From an uncultured Adlercreutzia sp. (GTDB lineage: Bacteria; Actinomycetota; Coriobacteriia; Coriobacteriales; Eggerthellaceae), in assembly GCF_958431955.1 (NCBI RefSeq), contig NZ_CAUASN010000009.1, positions 11,645 to 75,644 of the forward strand: a stretch of 64,000 nt of DNA. The letters are read 5' to 3'. This document shows positions 28,441 through 36,511 of the stretch, piece by piece (positions within the stretch are counted from its first letter, which is position 1; every line of letters begins with the position of its first letter). Under the pieces are notes generated by a model, which saw only the letters and a program-made list of their open reading frames with translations, searched no databases and was not told the DNA's origin. The position numbers and the translations under genes are program-made.

Positions 28441-28475
28441 AACGTACATTCATTCGTGCGAACAGGTGTGCTGTC

Positions 28476-29999
28476 ATGGTCAGACTGCGGAAGGGGGCGG
28501 CGGTGAACGTCATCGAGAAGCTGGAAGTGCTTGCCGATGCGGCGAAGTACGACGTGGCCTGCACCTCCTCGGGCGTGGAGCGGGCCGGCAAGAAGGGGCA
28601 GCTGGGCGCGGCGCGTCAGGCCGGCTGCTGCCACTCCTTCACGCCGGACGGGCGCTGCGTCACCCTGCTCAAGGTGCTCATGACCAACGCCTGCATCCAC
28701 GACTGCTGCTACTGCGTGAACCGCGTAAGCAACGCCGAGGTGCGCCGCACCGCCTTCACCCCGCGGGAGCTGGCCGACCTCACCATCGGGTTCTACCGAC
28801 GCAACTACATCGAGGGGCTCTTCCTGTCGTCGGGCGTGGTCGGCTCGCCCGATACCACCACCGAGCTCATGATCGAGGCCCTGCGCATCCTGCGTGAGGA
28901 GTACGGCTTCCGCGGCTACATCCACGCGAAGGCCATCCCCGGCACCTCGCTCGAGCTGCTCGACGAACTGGGGCGCCTGGCCGACCGCCTCTCGGTGAAC
29001 ATGGAGCTGCCGAGCAAGCAGAGCCTGGGGCTTCTCGCGCCGGGCAAGTCGCGCCACTCCATCTTGGGCCCGATGCGCCACATCCACGACTCCATCGCCG
29101 AGGACGCGGAATCCCGCTCGCTGGCGAAGAAGCGCACCACGGTGTACCGCACGAAGAAGATCGCCCGCAAGGCCCAGGCCTTCGCGCCGGCCGGGCAATC
29201 CACCCAGATGATCATCGGCGCCACCCCCGAGAGCGACTTCCAGATCCTGAACCTGTCGGCGGCCCTCTACCAGCAGCTGTCCTTGAAGCGCGTGTTCTTC
29301 AGCGCGTATCTGCCCGCCGTGGCCCATCCCCTCCTGCCCGCCACCGACGCGGTGCAGCTGAACCGGGAGCACCGCCTCTACCAGGCCGACTGGCTCTTGC
29401 GCTTCTACGGCTTCAGCGTCGAGGAGATCATCGACGAGGAGCACCCCTTCTTGGAGCCCGACGTGGATCCGAAGGCGAACTGGGCCCTAAACCACCTGGA
29501 CTTCTTCCCCGTGGAAGTGAACACTGCGCCCCTGGAGGCACTGTTGCGCGTGCCCGGCATCGGCGTGCGCGGGGCGAAGCTCATCCTGCGGGCCCGGCGC
29601 CAGTCCACGTTGGGAGAGGCGGAGCTGCGCAAGCTCGGCATCGCCTACAAGCGAGCCCGCTACTTCATCACCATGAACGGCGCTTGGGGAGGCTCGGGCA
29701 TCGATTTCTCCCGCGACGCGCTGCACGCGCGGCTTTCCGCCCCCATCGACGGCGGCCGCCACGGGCGGCGCGCCGACAAGGCGATGGCCGGGCAGATGAG
29801 CCTCTTCGAGTCCGCCGAGGAGCCGCCCGCGCTGCCCGAGGCCTCCCCTGCCAACCGGGCAGCCCTCGATGCCGCCTTCGCCGCCCAGCGCGAGGCCCTG
29901 GAAGGCGCTCCGGTGCCGTCGGGCGGCCAGCGACCGGGCGCGATGCAGCAGGTAGTCGGCACTGAAGAAGTTGCCTTCCTCGCCCGGGCCGTGGCCTAG
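28476..29999 (+). CDS. putative DNA modification/repair radical SAM protein (TIGR03916-like, from memory) with a C-terminal helix-hairpin-helix
   Basis: IEKLEVLADAAKYDVACTSSG..., CIHDCCYCVN (radical SAM cluster), LLRVPGIGVRGAKLI (HhH). The start is more likely GTG 28503 (GGAAGGGGG upstream) than ATG 28476. Confidence 0.8.
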   Translation: MVRLRKGAAVNVIEKLEVLADAAKYDVACTSSGVERAGKKGQLGAARQAGCCHSFTPDGRCVTLLKVLMTNACIHDCCYCVNRVSNAEVRRTAFTPRELADLTIGFYRRNYIEGLFLSSGVVGSPDTTTELMIEALRILREEYGFRGYIHAKAIPGTSLELLDELGRLADRLSVNMELPSKQSLGLLAPGKSRHSILGPMRHIHDSIAEDAESRSLAKKRTTVYRTKKIARKAQAFAPAGQSTQMIIGATPESDFQILNLSAALYQQLSLKRVFFSAYLPAVAHPLLPATDAVQLNREHRLYQADWLLRFYGFSVEEIIDEEHPFLEPDVDPKANWALNHLDFFPVEVNTAPLEALLRVPGIGVRGAKLILRARRQSTLGEAELRKLGIAYKRARYFITMNGAWGGSGIDFSRDALHARLSAPIDGGRHGRRADKAMAGQMSLFESAEEPPALPEASPANRAALDAAFAAQREALEGAPVPSGGQRPGAMQQVVGTEEVAFLARAVA

Positions 30000-30008
30000 G
30001 ATGCGGCC

Positions 30009-30941
30009 ATGAGCAAGCGGGGCGACGCGCGGGCAACTCCCGCCCACGGGGGCTCTCCCGAGATATACGACGAGGTCGCCTATGCCTACGACGGCTCGCT
30101 CGAAGGGCTGTTCACGGCCATCTTCGTCTCCTACGAGCGTCACGAGCGCCCCACGGACGTGGAGCCAGAAGAGCGGCTGCAGCCCCGGCTCGGCCAGCGC
30201 GTCGCCGTCATCGAGACCGATACGCCCAAAGCCGAGCGGGTGCTTTCCGGCGTGCGCCGCCAGTGCGGCTGGCAGGCCGAGCTGGCCCTCAAGCGCGCCG
30301 CCTGCTCCGACGAGCCCGGGGCGGGCACGGCGGCCTACCGCTTCGTGCGCTACGCCATGGACGAGCAGAAGCGCCGCCGCTGCGAGCACTGCCGCAAGCG
30401 GGGCAGTTGCAAGGGGCGGGGCGGTATGGGGCCATGTCCCAAGCAGCGGGGGCGCGCCTTCTCGGACATCACCCATCCGGCCGTGGAGCGGCTCTTCCGC
30501 ATCTCGCGCTCCATCAGCCAGGAATGCGAGCACATGCGCCAGTTCGCCCGGTTCCAGCACCTGCGCGGCGAGGGAGCCGACCTGTGGTTCGCCCGGGTGA
30601 ACCCGAAGGCCGCCGTCGTGCCCCTCGTGATGGCGCACTTCGTCGAGCGCATGAGCGACGCGCCTTTCATCATCTACGACGAGGTGCACCATATGGCCGG
30701 CGTCTACGACGGGGGCGACTGGTACCTGGTGAGCACCCGGGACGCCGGCGATCTGGAGAGCGCCCTGCCGAATGCCACCGCCGACGAGGCGCTCTTCGCC
30801 CAGGCCTGGCGCACCTTCTACCGCAGCGTGGCCATCGACGCCCGCTACAACCCCGAGCTGCGCCGCCACTTCATGCCGAAGCGCTTCTGGAAGAACCTCA
30901 CCGAGCTGACGGAACAGCCCGCGGCCCTCACCCGCCGATAG
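30009..30941 (+). CDS. DUF4130 / TIGR03915-like probable DNA metabolism protein (partner of the radical SAM gene)
   Basis: YAYDGSLEGLFTAIFVSYE ... QECEHMRQFARFQHL ... PLVMAHFVERM ... FIIYDEVH ... RYNPELRRHFMPKRFWKNLTE. It starts 9 nt after the upstream stop. Confidence 0.75.
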   Translation: MSKRGDARATPAHGGSPEIYDEVAYAYDGSLEGLFTAIFVSYERHERPTDVEPEERLQPRLGQRVAVIETDTPKAERVLSGVRRQCGWQAELALKRAACSDEPGAGTAAYRFVRYAMDEQKRRRCEHCRKRGSCKGRGGMGPCPKQRGRAFSDITHPAVERLFRISRSISQECEHMRQFARFQHLRGEGADLWFARVNPKAAVVPLVMAHFVERMSDAPFIIYDEVHHMAGVYDGGDWYLVSTRDAGDLESALPNATADEALFAQAWRTFYRSVAIDARYNPELRRHFMPKRFWKNLTELTEQPAALTRR

Positions 30942-30945
30942 GCCC

Positions 30946-31848
30946 CTACGGGCTGAATACCAGCTCGCTGGCCGGCGCGGTCAGCTTGCCCGGCACGGGG
31001 CGCTCGCACTCGTAGGCCAGCCCCACGGCCGGCCCCACGTGCACGCCGATGACGGGGCTCACCGGCAGCACCTCCACCGCGTGCCCCACCACCGGCTCCA
31101 CCGCCTCGCGGGCCCACTGCACGGCAGGCGCCGCCGCGCCGATGTAGTGCACCACCACGCGCTTGAGCCCGCAGGCCTCGACGTCTTCCTTGAAGGTGTC
31201 CACCATGCGAGCGAGCGTCTTCTTCCACGTGCGCACCTTCGCGAGCGTCGCCGTCTCCCAGTCGGCCACGGTGAGCACCGGGGAGATCTGCAAGAGGCCG
31301 CCGAGGAGCGCCGAGGCGCCGCCGATGCGGCCGCCGGCCTTCAGGAACGCCAGGCTCTCCGGCGCGAAGATGAACCGCGACGATGCCACCGCGTCCGTCG
31401 CCGCCCGGGCGCATTCCGCAAGCGAGGCCCCCGCATCGCGCGCGTCGGCCGCGTCCAGCACGGCGAACATCTCGTCGCCGCAGTTCGACGTGGAATCCAC
31501 GAGCGTGCAGCGGAACTGCTCGAAGCGTTCCCTCACGGCCCGGGCCGCCCGCACCGCGCCCTCGAAGGTCCCCGACATCCTCGACGACATGAAGATGCCC
31601 AGCACCTCGTCGCCGACCTCGGCGGCCCGGCCGAAGAGCTCTTCGAGCGCGTGCTGCGATGGCTGGCTCGAGGTCGGCGGATTGTCGATCATGTCCGCGA
31701 TGTCCTCGTAGAAGGCCGCCACGTCCATATCGGCCTCGCGATACTCGCGCCCCTCGCGGTTCACGTACAGCGACACCACCTCGATGTCGCGATTTCGCAC
31801 CACCTCGGCGGGAATGGAAGCAACCGAATCGGTAACGATCTTGACCAC
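30946..31848 (-). CDS. DegV family fatty-acid-binding protein
   Basis: VKIVTDSVASIPAEVVRNRDIEVVSLYVN...PPTSSQPS. I place the start at GTG 31848 (AGAGGAG upstream) rather than the track's TTG 31863. Confidence 0.8.
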   Translation of the reverse strand: MVKIVTDSVASIPAEVVRNRDIEVVSLYVNREGREYREADMDVAAFYEDIADMIDNPPTSSQPSQHALEELFGRAAEVGDEVLGIFMSSRMSGTFEGAVRAARAVRERFEQFRCTLVDSTSNCGDEMFAVLDAADARDAGASLAECARAATDAVASSRFIFAPESLAFLKAGGRIGGASALLGGLLQISPVLTVADWETATLAKVRTWKKTLARMVDTFKEDVEACGLKRVVVHYIGAAAPAVQWAREAVEPVVGHAVEVLPVSPVIGVHVGPAVGLAYECERPVPGKLTAPASELVFSP

Positions 31849-32057
31849 AACGTCTCCTCTCAAACATCAGGTCTGCCCGCAGATACCCGCGGGCGAAAGT
31901 TTCCGCTATGCTACCCCATAAAACCTCGCGGGAACCCCTCGGGCGTATTTGTTCACCCAGCGGTCAACCGAGGCCGCCAGGCGCGCCATCCGCAAACGGC
32001 CGCGCTACCCCGCCGCAACCTTCGCCACGTCACATGGCGCCTCACCCGCCGCGAGCA

Positions 32058-32126
32058 CCCTCCGCACAGCCCCGCACGTTCCCCGCACGCCCCGCGCAGC
32101 CCTGCGTATCCTCACATGCCCCCGCA
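32058..32126 (-). repeat. phased short repeats (plus strand CCCCGCAC-like x5); a G-tract run on the minus (sense) strand
   Basis: The plus strand reads ctccgcac, ccccgcac, ccccgcac, ccccgcgc, cccccgcac, the first four spaced 10-12 nt apart. The minus strand 32102-32070 reads GGGctgcgcGGGGcgtgcGGGGaacgtgcGGGG. Confidence 0.5.
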
Positions 32127-32149
32127 CGGAGAGACGGGAGCGGCGGTTC

Positions 32150-33103
32150 CTACACTCCCGTGAAATCGAAGGCGGGGATGAAGCTCTCTTCGGCAGCGCC
32201 GCCCTCCTGCCAGAAGTAGTCCTGCACGCCCAGGGCGTCTGCATAGTCGAGGAGCTCCTCGTATTCCGCATCGGGCACCGTATGCGCCAACTCCGGAGCC
32301 GCCGCAAGCGCCGTAGCAGCCCGCTCGCTTCCCTCCGCTGCGACGCGGGAGAGCACGGGGGTGTACTGGTTCATGAGGGACAGCCGCACGGCTCTCCCGA
32401 AGCGCTCGTGCAAAAGCCGCACCACTGCCTTCGAGTTCTCCAGCGCCCCGGGCAGCATGAGGTGGCGCACCACCACGCCGCCGACCAGCCGCTCCTGGCC
32501 GCGGTACTCGTCATAGCGAGGCTCGCCCGCCTCCTTCACCATGGCCTCCAATGCCGCCAGCGCCACCTCGGGGTAGTCGGCCGCATGGGAGTAGCGGCGC
32601 GCGAGCACGGCGTCCGCGTACTTAAAGTCGGTGAGATAGGCGTCCACGAAGCCCCCGTTCGCACGTACCGCATCCACGGTCTCGTAGCCGCTCGTATTCC
32701 ACAGCACGGGCAGCCCCATGCCGGCCTCGCGCGCCGCGTCAATCGCCGCGCGAATCTGCGGCGCATAGTGCGTGGGCGTCACGCAGTTGATGTTGAGGGC
32801 ACCGGCCCTCTCAAGCTCGCCTATGATGGCGCCCAAGCGCTCCACGGTAATCTCGCGAGCATGCTCGCCGAGGGCGATATCGGCATTCTGGCAGTACACG
32901 CAGCGCAAGGGGCAGCCGGCGAAGAACACCGTGCCGCTGCCGTCCTCGCCGGAGATCGGCGGCTCCTCCCAGAAGTGCAGCGCCGCCCGCGCCACCATCA
33001 GGCGATTATCGGCTCCGCACAAGCCCCGCTCCCCCGCCGCGCGATTCACCCCGCATGCCCGGGGGCACAGGTTGCACTCAGTTGGCAGAGTAGTCGAAGC
33101 CAT
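32150..33103 (-). CDS. radical SAM protein, PflX-like (pyruvate formate-lyase activase homologue)
   Basis: ECNLCPRACGVNRAAGERGLCG, then FFAGCPLRCVYCQN (CxxxCxxC). The start is uncertain: ATG 33103 overlaps the upstream gene by 26 nt. Confidence 0.7.
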   Translation of the reverse strand: MASTTLPTECNLCPRACGVNRAAGERGLCGADNRLMVARAALHFWEEPPISGEDGSGTVFFAGCPLRCVYCQNADIALGEHAREITVERLGAIIGELERAGALNINCVTPTHYAPQIRAAIDAAREAGMGLPVLWNTSGYETVDAVRANGGFVDAYLTDFKYADAVLARRYSHAADYPEVALAALEAMVKEAGEPRYDEYRGQERLVGGVVVRHLMLPGALENSKAVVRLLHERFGRAVRLSLMNQYTPVLSRVAAEGSERAATALAAAPELAHTVPDAEYEELLDYADALGVQDYFWQEGGAAEESFIPAFDFTGV

Positions 33104-34046
33104 CGTAGTCGGCCGGGTCGTTCCAATCGGCATCGTCGAAGGCATCCCAATCCTCGTCGCCCTCATGATCGTGATCGTGGCCGCCGCCGTAGGCCCGCTC
33201 GGCACGGGTCCAGTCGAGGCCCGCCTCGGCCCCGGTCGCCTCGTCGCGGTACACGAGCGCCAGCGCCGCCGGGGCCATATCCGACCCGCCGATGACGGCG
33301 AGCAGCTCCAGCAGGTGCATGGTCGCCTCCACGCCCGGCAAGATCACCTCGGCATCATCGGCCGCCATGAGCGCGGCGGACAGCTCGGCCAGGAGCATCT
33401 CGGCCGTGTAGTCGCCCGTAAAGCGCTTCTGCCGCACGGCCCGCACCACCGGGTCGGCGCTCACGGGGCTGAACAGCGGCACCTGATCGGCATCGAGCGC
33501 GCCCACCGAGCGGGCCGCCGCGTCGTCGAGGGCCACCGCCTCGATGGCGCTCACCAGCGCCGCCGCCAAAGGCAGCGTGTGGGTGTTGCGCATGAGCTGG
33601 GCCCGGCCCGGCGCGCCCACCTCCACCACCTCGCCGAAGAGCGCATCCAGAAGGGAGCGCACCGCCGGCGGAATCTCGGCCTCGGAGGCCACCGGCCCCA
33701 GCAGGTTCTCGCGGGCGAAGGCGTTCTCGGCCACGAGCGAGCGCACCGTCACCGGTGCCTCCACCATGACCAGGTCGTTCACCGTGGCCACGGCGTTTAT
33801 CTCGCGAGCGAAGTTGGGGGTCGTAGCCGACAGGTCCACGAGCACCGAGCCCGGTGCCACGCTCGTCACCAGGCCGCCGTCGCCGAAGTACAGATCCTCC
33901 AGCGCCGAGGCCGAGGTGCAGAAGGTGAGCACGATGTCGGCCGAGGCCGAATCGGAGGCGCGCACGAAGCCGGCGTCGGCCAGGCGGCCCTCCACGGCTG
34001 CGATGAACGTGGGCGCGCCCACATAGGCGTAAGACGTTGCCATCAC
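33078..34046 (-). CDS. 3-hydroxyisobutyrate/6-phosphogluconate dehydrogenase-fold protein with a degenerate NAD motif and an acidic tail
   Basis: It is colinear with HIBADH-type enzymes (ADIVLTFCTSASALEDLYFGDGGL..., VLVDLSATTP..., MVEAPV..., FTGDYTAEMLLAEL...). The N-terminus is YAYVGAPTFIAAVEG rather than GxGxxG. The tail reads HDHDHEGDEDWDAFDDADWNDPADYDGFDY. Confidence 0.55.
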   Translation of the reverse strand: MMATSYAYVGAPTFIAAVEGRLADAGFVRASDSASADIVLTFCTSASALEDLYFGDGGLVTSVAPGSVLVDLSATTPNFAREINAVATVNDLVMVEAPVTVRSLVAENAFARENLLGPVASEAEIPPAVRSLLDALFGEVVEVGAPGRAQLMRNTHTLPLAAALVSAIEAVALDDAAARSVGALDADQVPLFSPVSADPVVRAVRQKRFTGDYTAEMLLAELSAALMAADDAEVILPGVEATMHLLELLAVIGGSDMAPAALALVYRDEATGAEAGLDWTRAERAYGGGHDHDHEGDEDWDAFDDADWNDPADYDGFDYSAN

Positions 34047-34969
34047 TTCTCCCCCTTCACCTTGCGGGCGATGCGGTCGGCCACCGACAGGTTGTCGCGC
34101 TTGTCGTGACCCCAGAACACCACGGCGAGCATCTCAGGCCCCACGTGGCTGCCGATAACGGGCCCGATGCTGCATTCCAGGATGAGCAGGTTCGGATCCT
34201 CCTTCAGCAGCGCGTCCTTCAAGCGGCCCGCGTCCTTCGGGCAGTCGGCGTGCCCGATGACAGCCGTGTGGGTGGGGCCGGCCGGATCCACGTTCTTCTT
34301 GTAGTACTCCACGAGCTGCTTGATGCCCTTCTTGCGGCCGCGGGCCACGCCGGTGAGCGCCAGCTTGCCGTCCTCGCCGATGACGAGCAGCGGCTTCACG
34401 TCGAGCGCCGCACCGGCCACGGCCACCGACGCCGGGATGCGCCCGCCGCGGCGCAGGGCCTCCAGGTCGTCCACCATGAACTCCTCGTTCACGAAGCAGC
34501 GCGCCTCCTCGGCCCAGGCGGCCAACTCGGCGGCGGTCATGCCGTTCTCGTGCTGCACGAGGGCCCCGTAGACGAGCAGCCCCTCGGCCACGCTGGCGAG
34601 GTGGGTGTCCACCAGGTAGAACTCGAAGTCGGGGTACTCGGCCAGCACCTGATCGCGCACGACGCAGGCCGCGTCGTAGGTGGCCGAAAGCCCGCTCGAG
34701 AACGCCAGGTACACGCATGGGGTGCCCTCCTGGGCCGCCGCCGTGAACGTCTCGGTCAGCGTCTGCAGGGCCACCTGGGCCGTGCTCGGCTCGGAGCCTT
34801 TGCGCATGGCGTTGTAGAAGTCCTCGGCCGAGGAGGTCTCGAACAGGTCGTCCTCGAACGTGCCCCCGTCCATCATGTAGGGGAACTTCATGAGCGTGAC
34901 CCCCTCGCGCTTGACGAGGTGCGCGGGCAAATCGCAGCACGAGTCGATGATCAGATGACAGTTGGCCAT
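34043..34969 (-). CDS. DegV family fatty-acid-binding protein
   Basis: MANCHLIIDSCCDLP... TAQVA ... AFSSGLSATY ... GGRIPA ... IGPVIGSHVGPEMLAV. Trimmed to ATG 34969. There is a 4-nt overlap with the downstream gene. Confidence 0.85.
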   Translation of the reverse strand: MANCHLIIDSCCDLPAHLVKREGVTLMKFPYMMDGGTFEDDLFETSSAEDFYNAMRKGSEPSTAQVALQTLTETFTAAAQEGTPCVYLAFSSGLSATYDAACVVRDQVLAEYPDFEFYLVDTHLASVAEGLLVYGALVQHENGMTAAELAAWAEEARCFVNEEFMVDDLEALRRGGRIPASVAVAGAALDVKPLLVIGEDGKLALTGVARGRKKGIKQLVEYYKKNVDPAGPTHTAVIGHADCPKDAGRLKDALLKEDPNLLILECSIGPVIGSHVGPEMLAVVFWGHDKRDNLSVADRIARKVKGEK

Positions 34970-35056
34970 GAAAGCCCCTTTCCGACGGCCCTTCGCCGCC
35001 CTCGAACGGAAGCGCGGACGCCGGCCGTACGGCCGGGTCCCAAGCATCCGCAGGTT

Positions 35057-36511
35057 CTACACGATGCCGCGCAGCTCGGCCACGAGGGCCCGGCGCCGAT
35101 CGTTCAATCCCAACTCCAGCCCCACCGGGTAGGTGTGGGGGTTCAGCATGCGCAGCTGGGTCTCGTCCAGCGTATCCAACCCGGCAACCGCCCGCGTCCG
35201 CGCCGCCATGGCGTTGCGGAACTGAGGGGCGAGCACCACCGCTCCCCCACGGGCGAGCGGCATAAGCAGCGTCTCGAAGCGCAGGCCCGCCAGATTCTTC
35301 TGCCGCAGGTCGTCCATGGGATCCACGATGACCTCGCGGGCATCGGGCTCGAAGTTCACGTCGAACACCATGTCCCCGGCCACGCGCCCGTCGGCGTGGT
35401 AGTAGCGGCGCACGTCGAGCACACCCGGCGTGGTCAGCTTCGCGGCCGACTCCGAAATCTTCAGGCGCATCTCCCACGGGGCGTCGGCGTTCGGGCGCAC
35501 AGCGGCCAGCTTGTACACCCCGCCCAGCGTCGGCTGGTCGTAGGCGCTCGCGAGCTTGGTGCCCACGCCGAACGACGTGACGCACGCCCCCTCGTCGAGC
35601 ATCGACTGGATGGTGTACTCGTCCAGATCGTTCGACAGCACGATGCCGCAGTCGGAAAGCCCCGCCGCGTCCAGCATGCGCCGGGCCATCTTGGAAAGCC
35701 ACGACAGGTCGCCCGAATCGATGCGGATGCCCGCGAGGCGCTCGCCCCGCGCGCGCATCTCCAACCCCACGGTGATGGCGTTTTCGATGCCGCGCTCCAC
35801 GTCATAGGTGTCCACGAGCAACACGCAGTTGTTCGGGAAGGCCTGCGCGTATGCGCGGAAGGCCTCCAGCTCGTCGTCGAAGGACATCACCCAGGAATGC
35901 GCGTGGGTGCCCGACACGGGGATGTCGAACAGGCGCCCGGCCAGCACGTCGGACGTGGAGGCGCAGCCGCCCACCACCGCGGCCCGGCTCGCCCACACGC
36001 CGCCGAGGCCCTGGGCGCGGCGCAGCCCGAACTCGGCCACAGGGCGCCCTTTGGCGGCCCGGCAGACCCGTGCGGCCTTGGTGGCGATGAGCGTCTGGAA
36101 GTTCACCATGTTCAGAAGCACCGTCTCGATGAGCTGGCACTGCAGGATGGGGCCCGTGACGCGCACAATGGGCTCGTGCGGGAACACGATGGTGCCCTCG
36201 GGCACCGCGTCAATGTCCACGGTCAGGCGCAGGTCGGCCAGGTAAGCGAGGAAGTCGCCCGAAAACAGCTTGCCGCCGCCCGGAGCGTCGAGACCCGCGA
36301 GGTAGGCGATGTCCTCTTCCGTGAAGCGGAACTGCTCCACCATATCGGCCAGCTGCGCCATGCCGCAGGCCACCGCGTAGCCCCCCTTGAAGGGGTAGTC
36401 GCGGAAGTACATGGTGAAGCAGGCCTCCTCGTCGGTCTTGCCCGCATCCCAGTAGCCCTGGGCCATGGTGATCTGGTACAGATCGGTCAGAAGCGCGTAG
36501 TCCACGTTCAT
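35057..36511 (-). CDS. pncB: nicotinate phosphoribosyltransferase
   Basis: LLTDLYQITMAQGYW ... FGLRRAQG ... SGTHAHSWVM ... IRIDSGDL. Confidence 0.9.
   Translation of the reverse strand: MNVDYALLTDLYQITMAQGYWDAGKTDEEACFTMYFRDYPFKGGYAVACGMAQLADMVEQFRFTEEDIAYLAGLDAPGGGKLFSGDFLAYLADLRLTVDIDAVPEGTIVFPHEPIVRVTGPILQCQLIETVLLNMVNFQTLIATKAARVCRAAKGRPVAEFGLRRAQGLGGVWASRAAVVGGCASTSDVLAGRLFDIPVSGTHAHSWVMSFDDELEAFRAYAQAFPNNCVLLVDTYDVERGIENAITVGLEMRARGERLAGIRIDSGDLSWLSKMARRMLDAAGLSDCGIVLSNDLDEYTIQSMLDEGACVTSFGVGTKLASAYDQPTLGGVYKLAAVRPNADAPWEMRLKISESAAKLTTPGVLDVRRYYHADGRVAGDMVFDVNFEPDAREVIVDPMDDLRQKNLAGLRFETLLMPLARGGAVVLAPQFRNAMAARTRAVAGLDTLDETQLRMLNPHTYPVGLELGLNDRRRALVAELRGIV

Noticed and set aside
28441-28465. 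Second possible LexA half-site cluster (ATTCGTGCGAAC) downstream of the promoter
   Set aside because: The half-sites are in the wrong relative orientation and spacing (TTCG-N2-CGAA) for a GAAC-N4-GTTC box. Only the site at 28419-28432 is retained.
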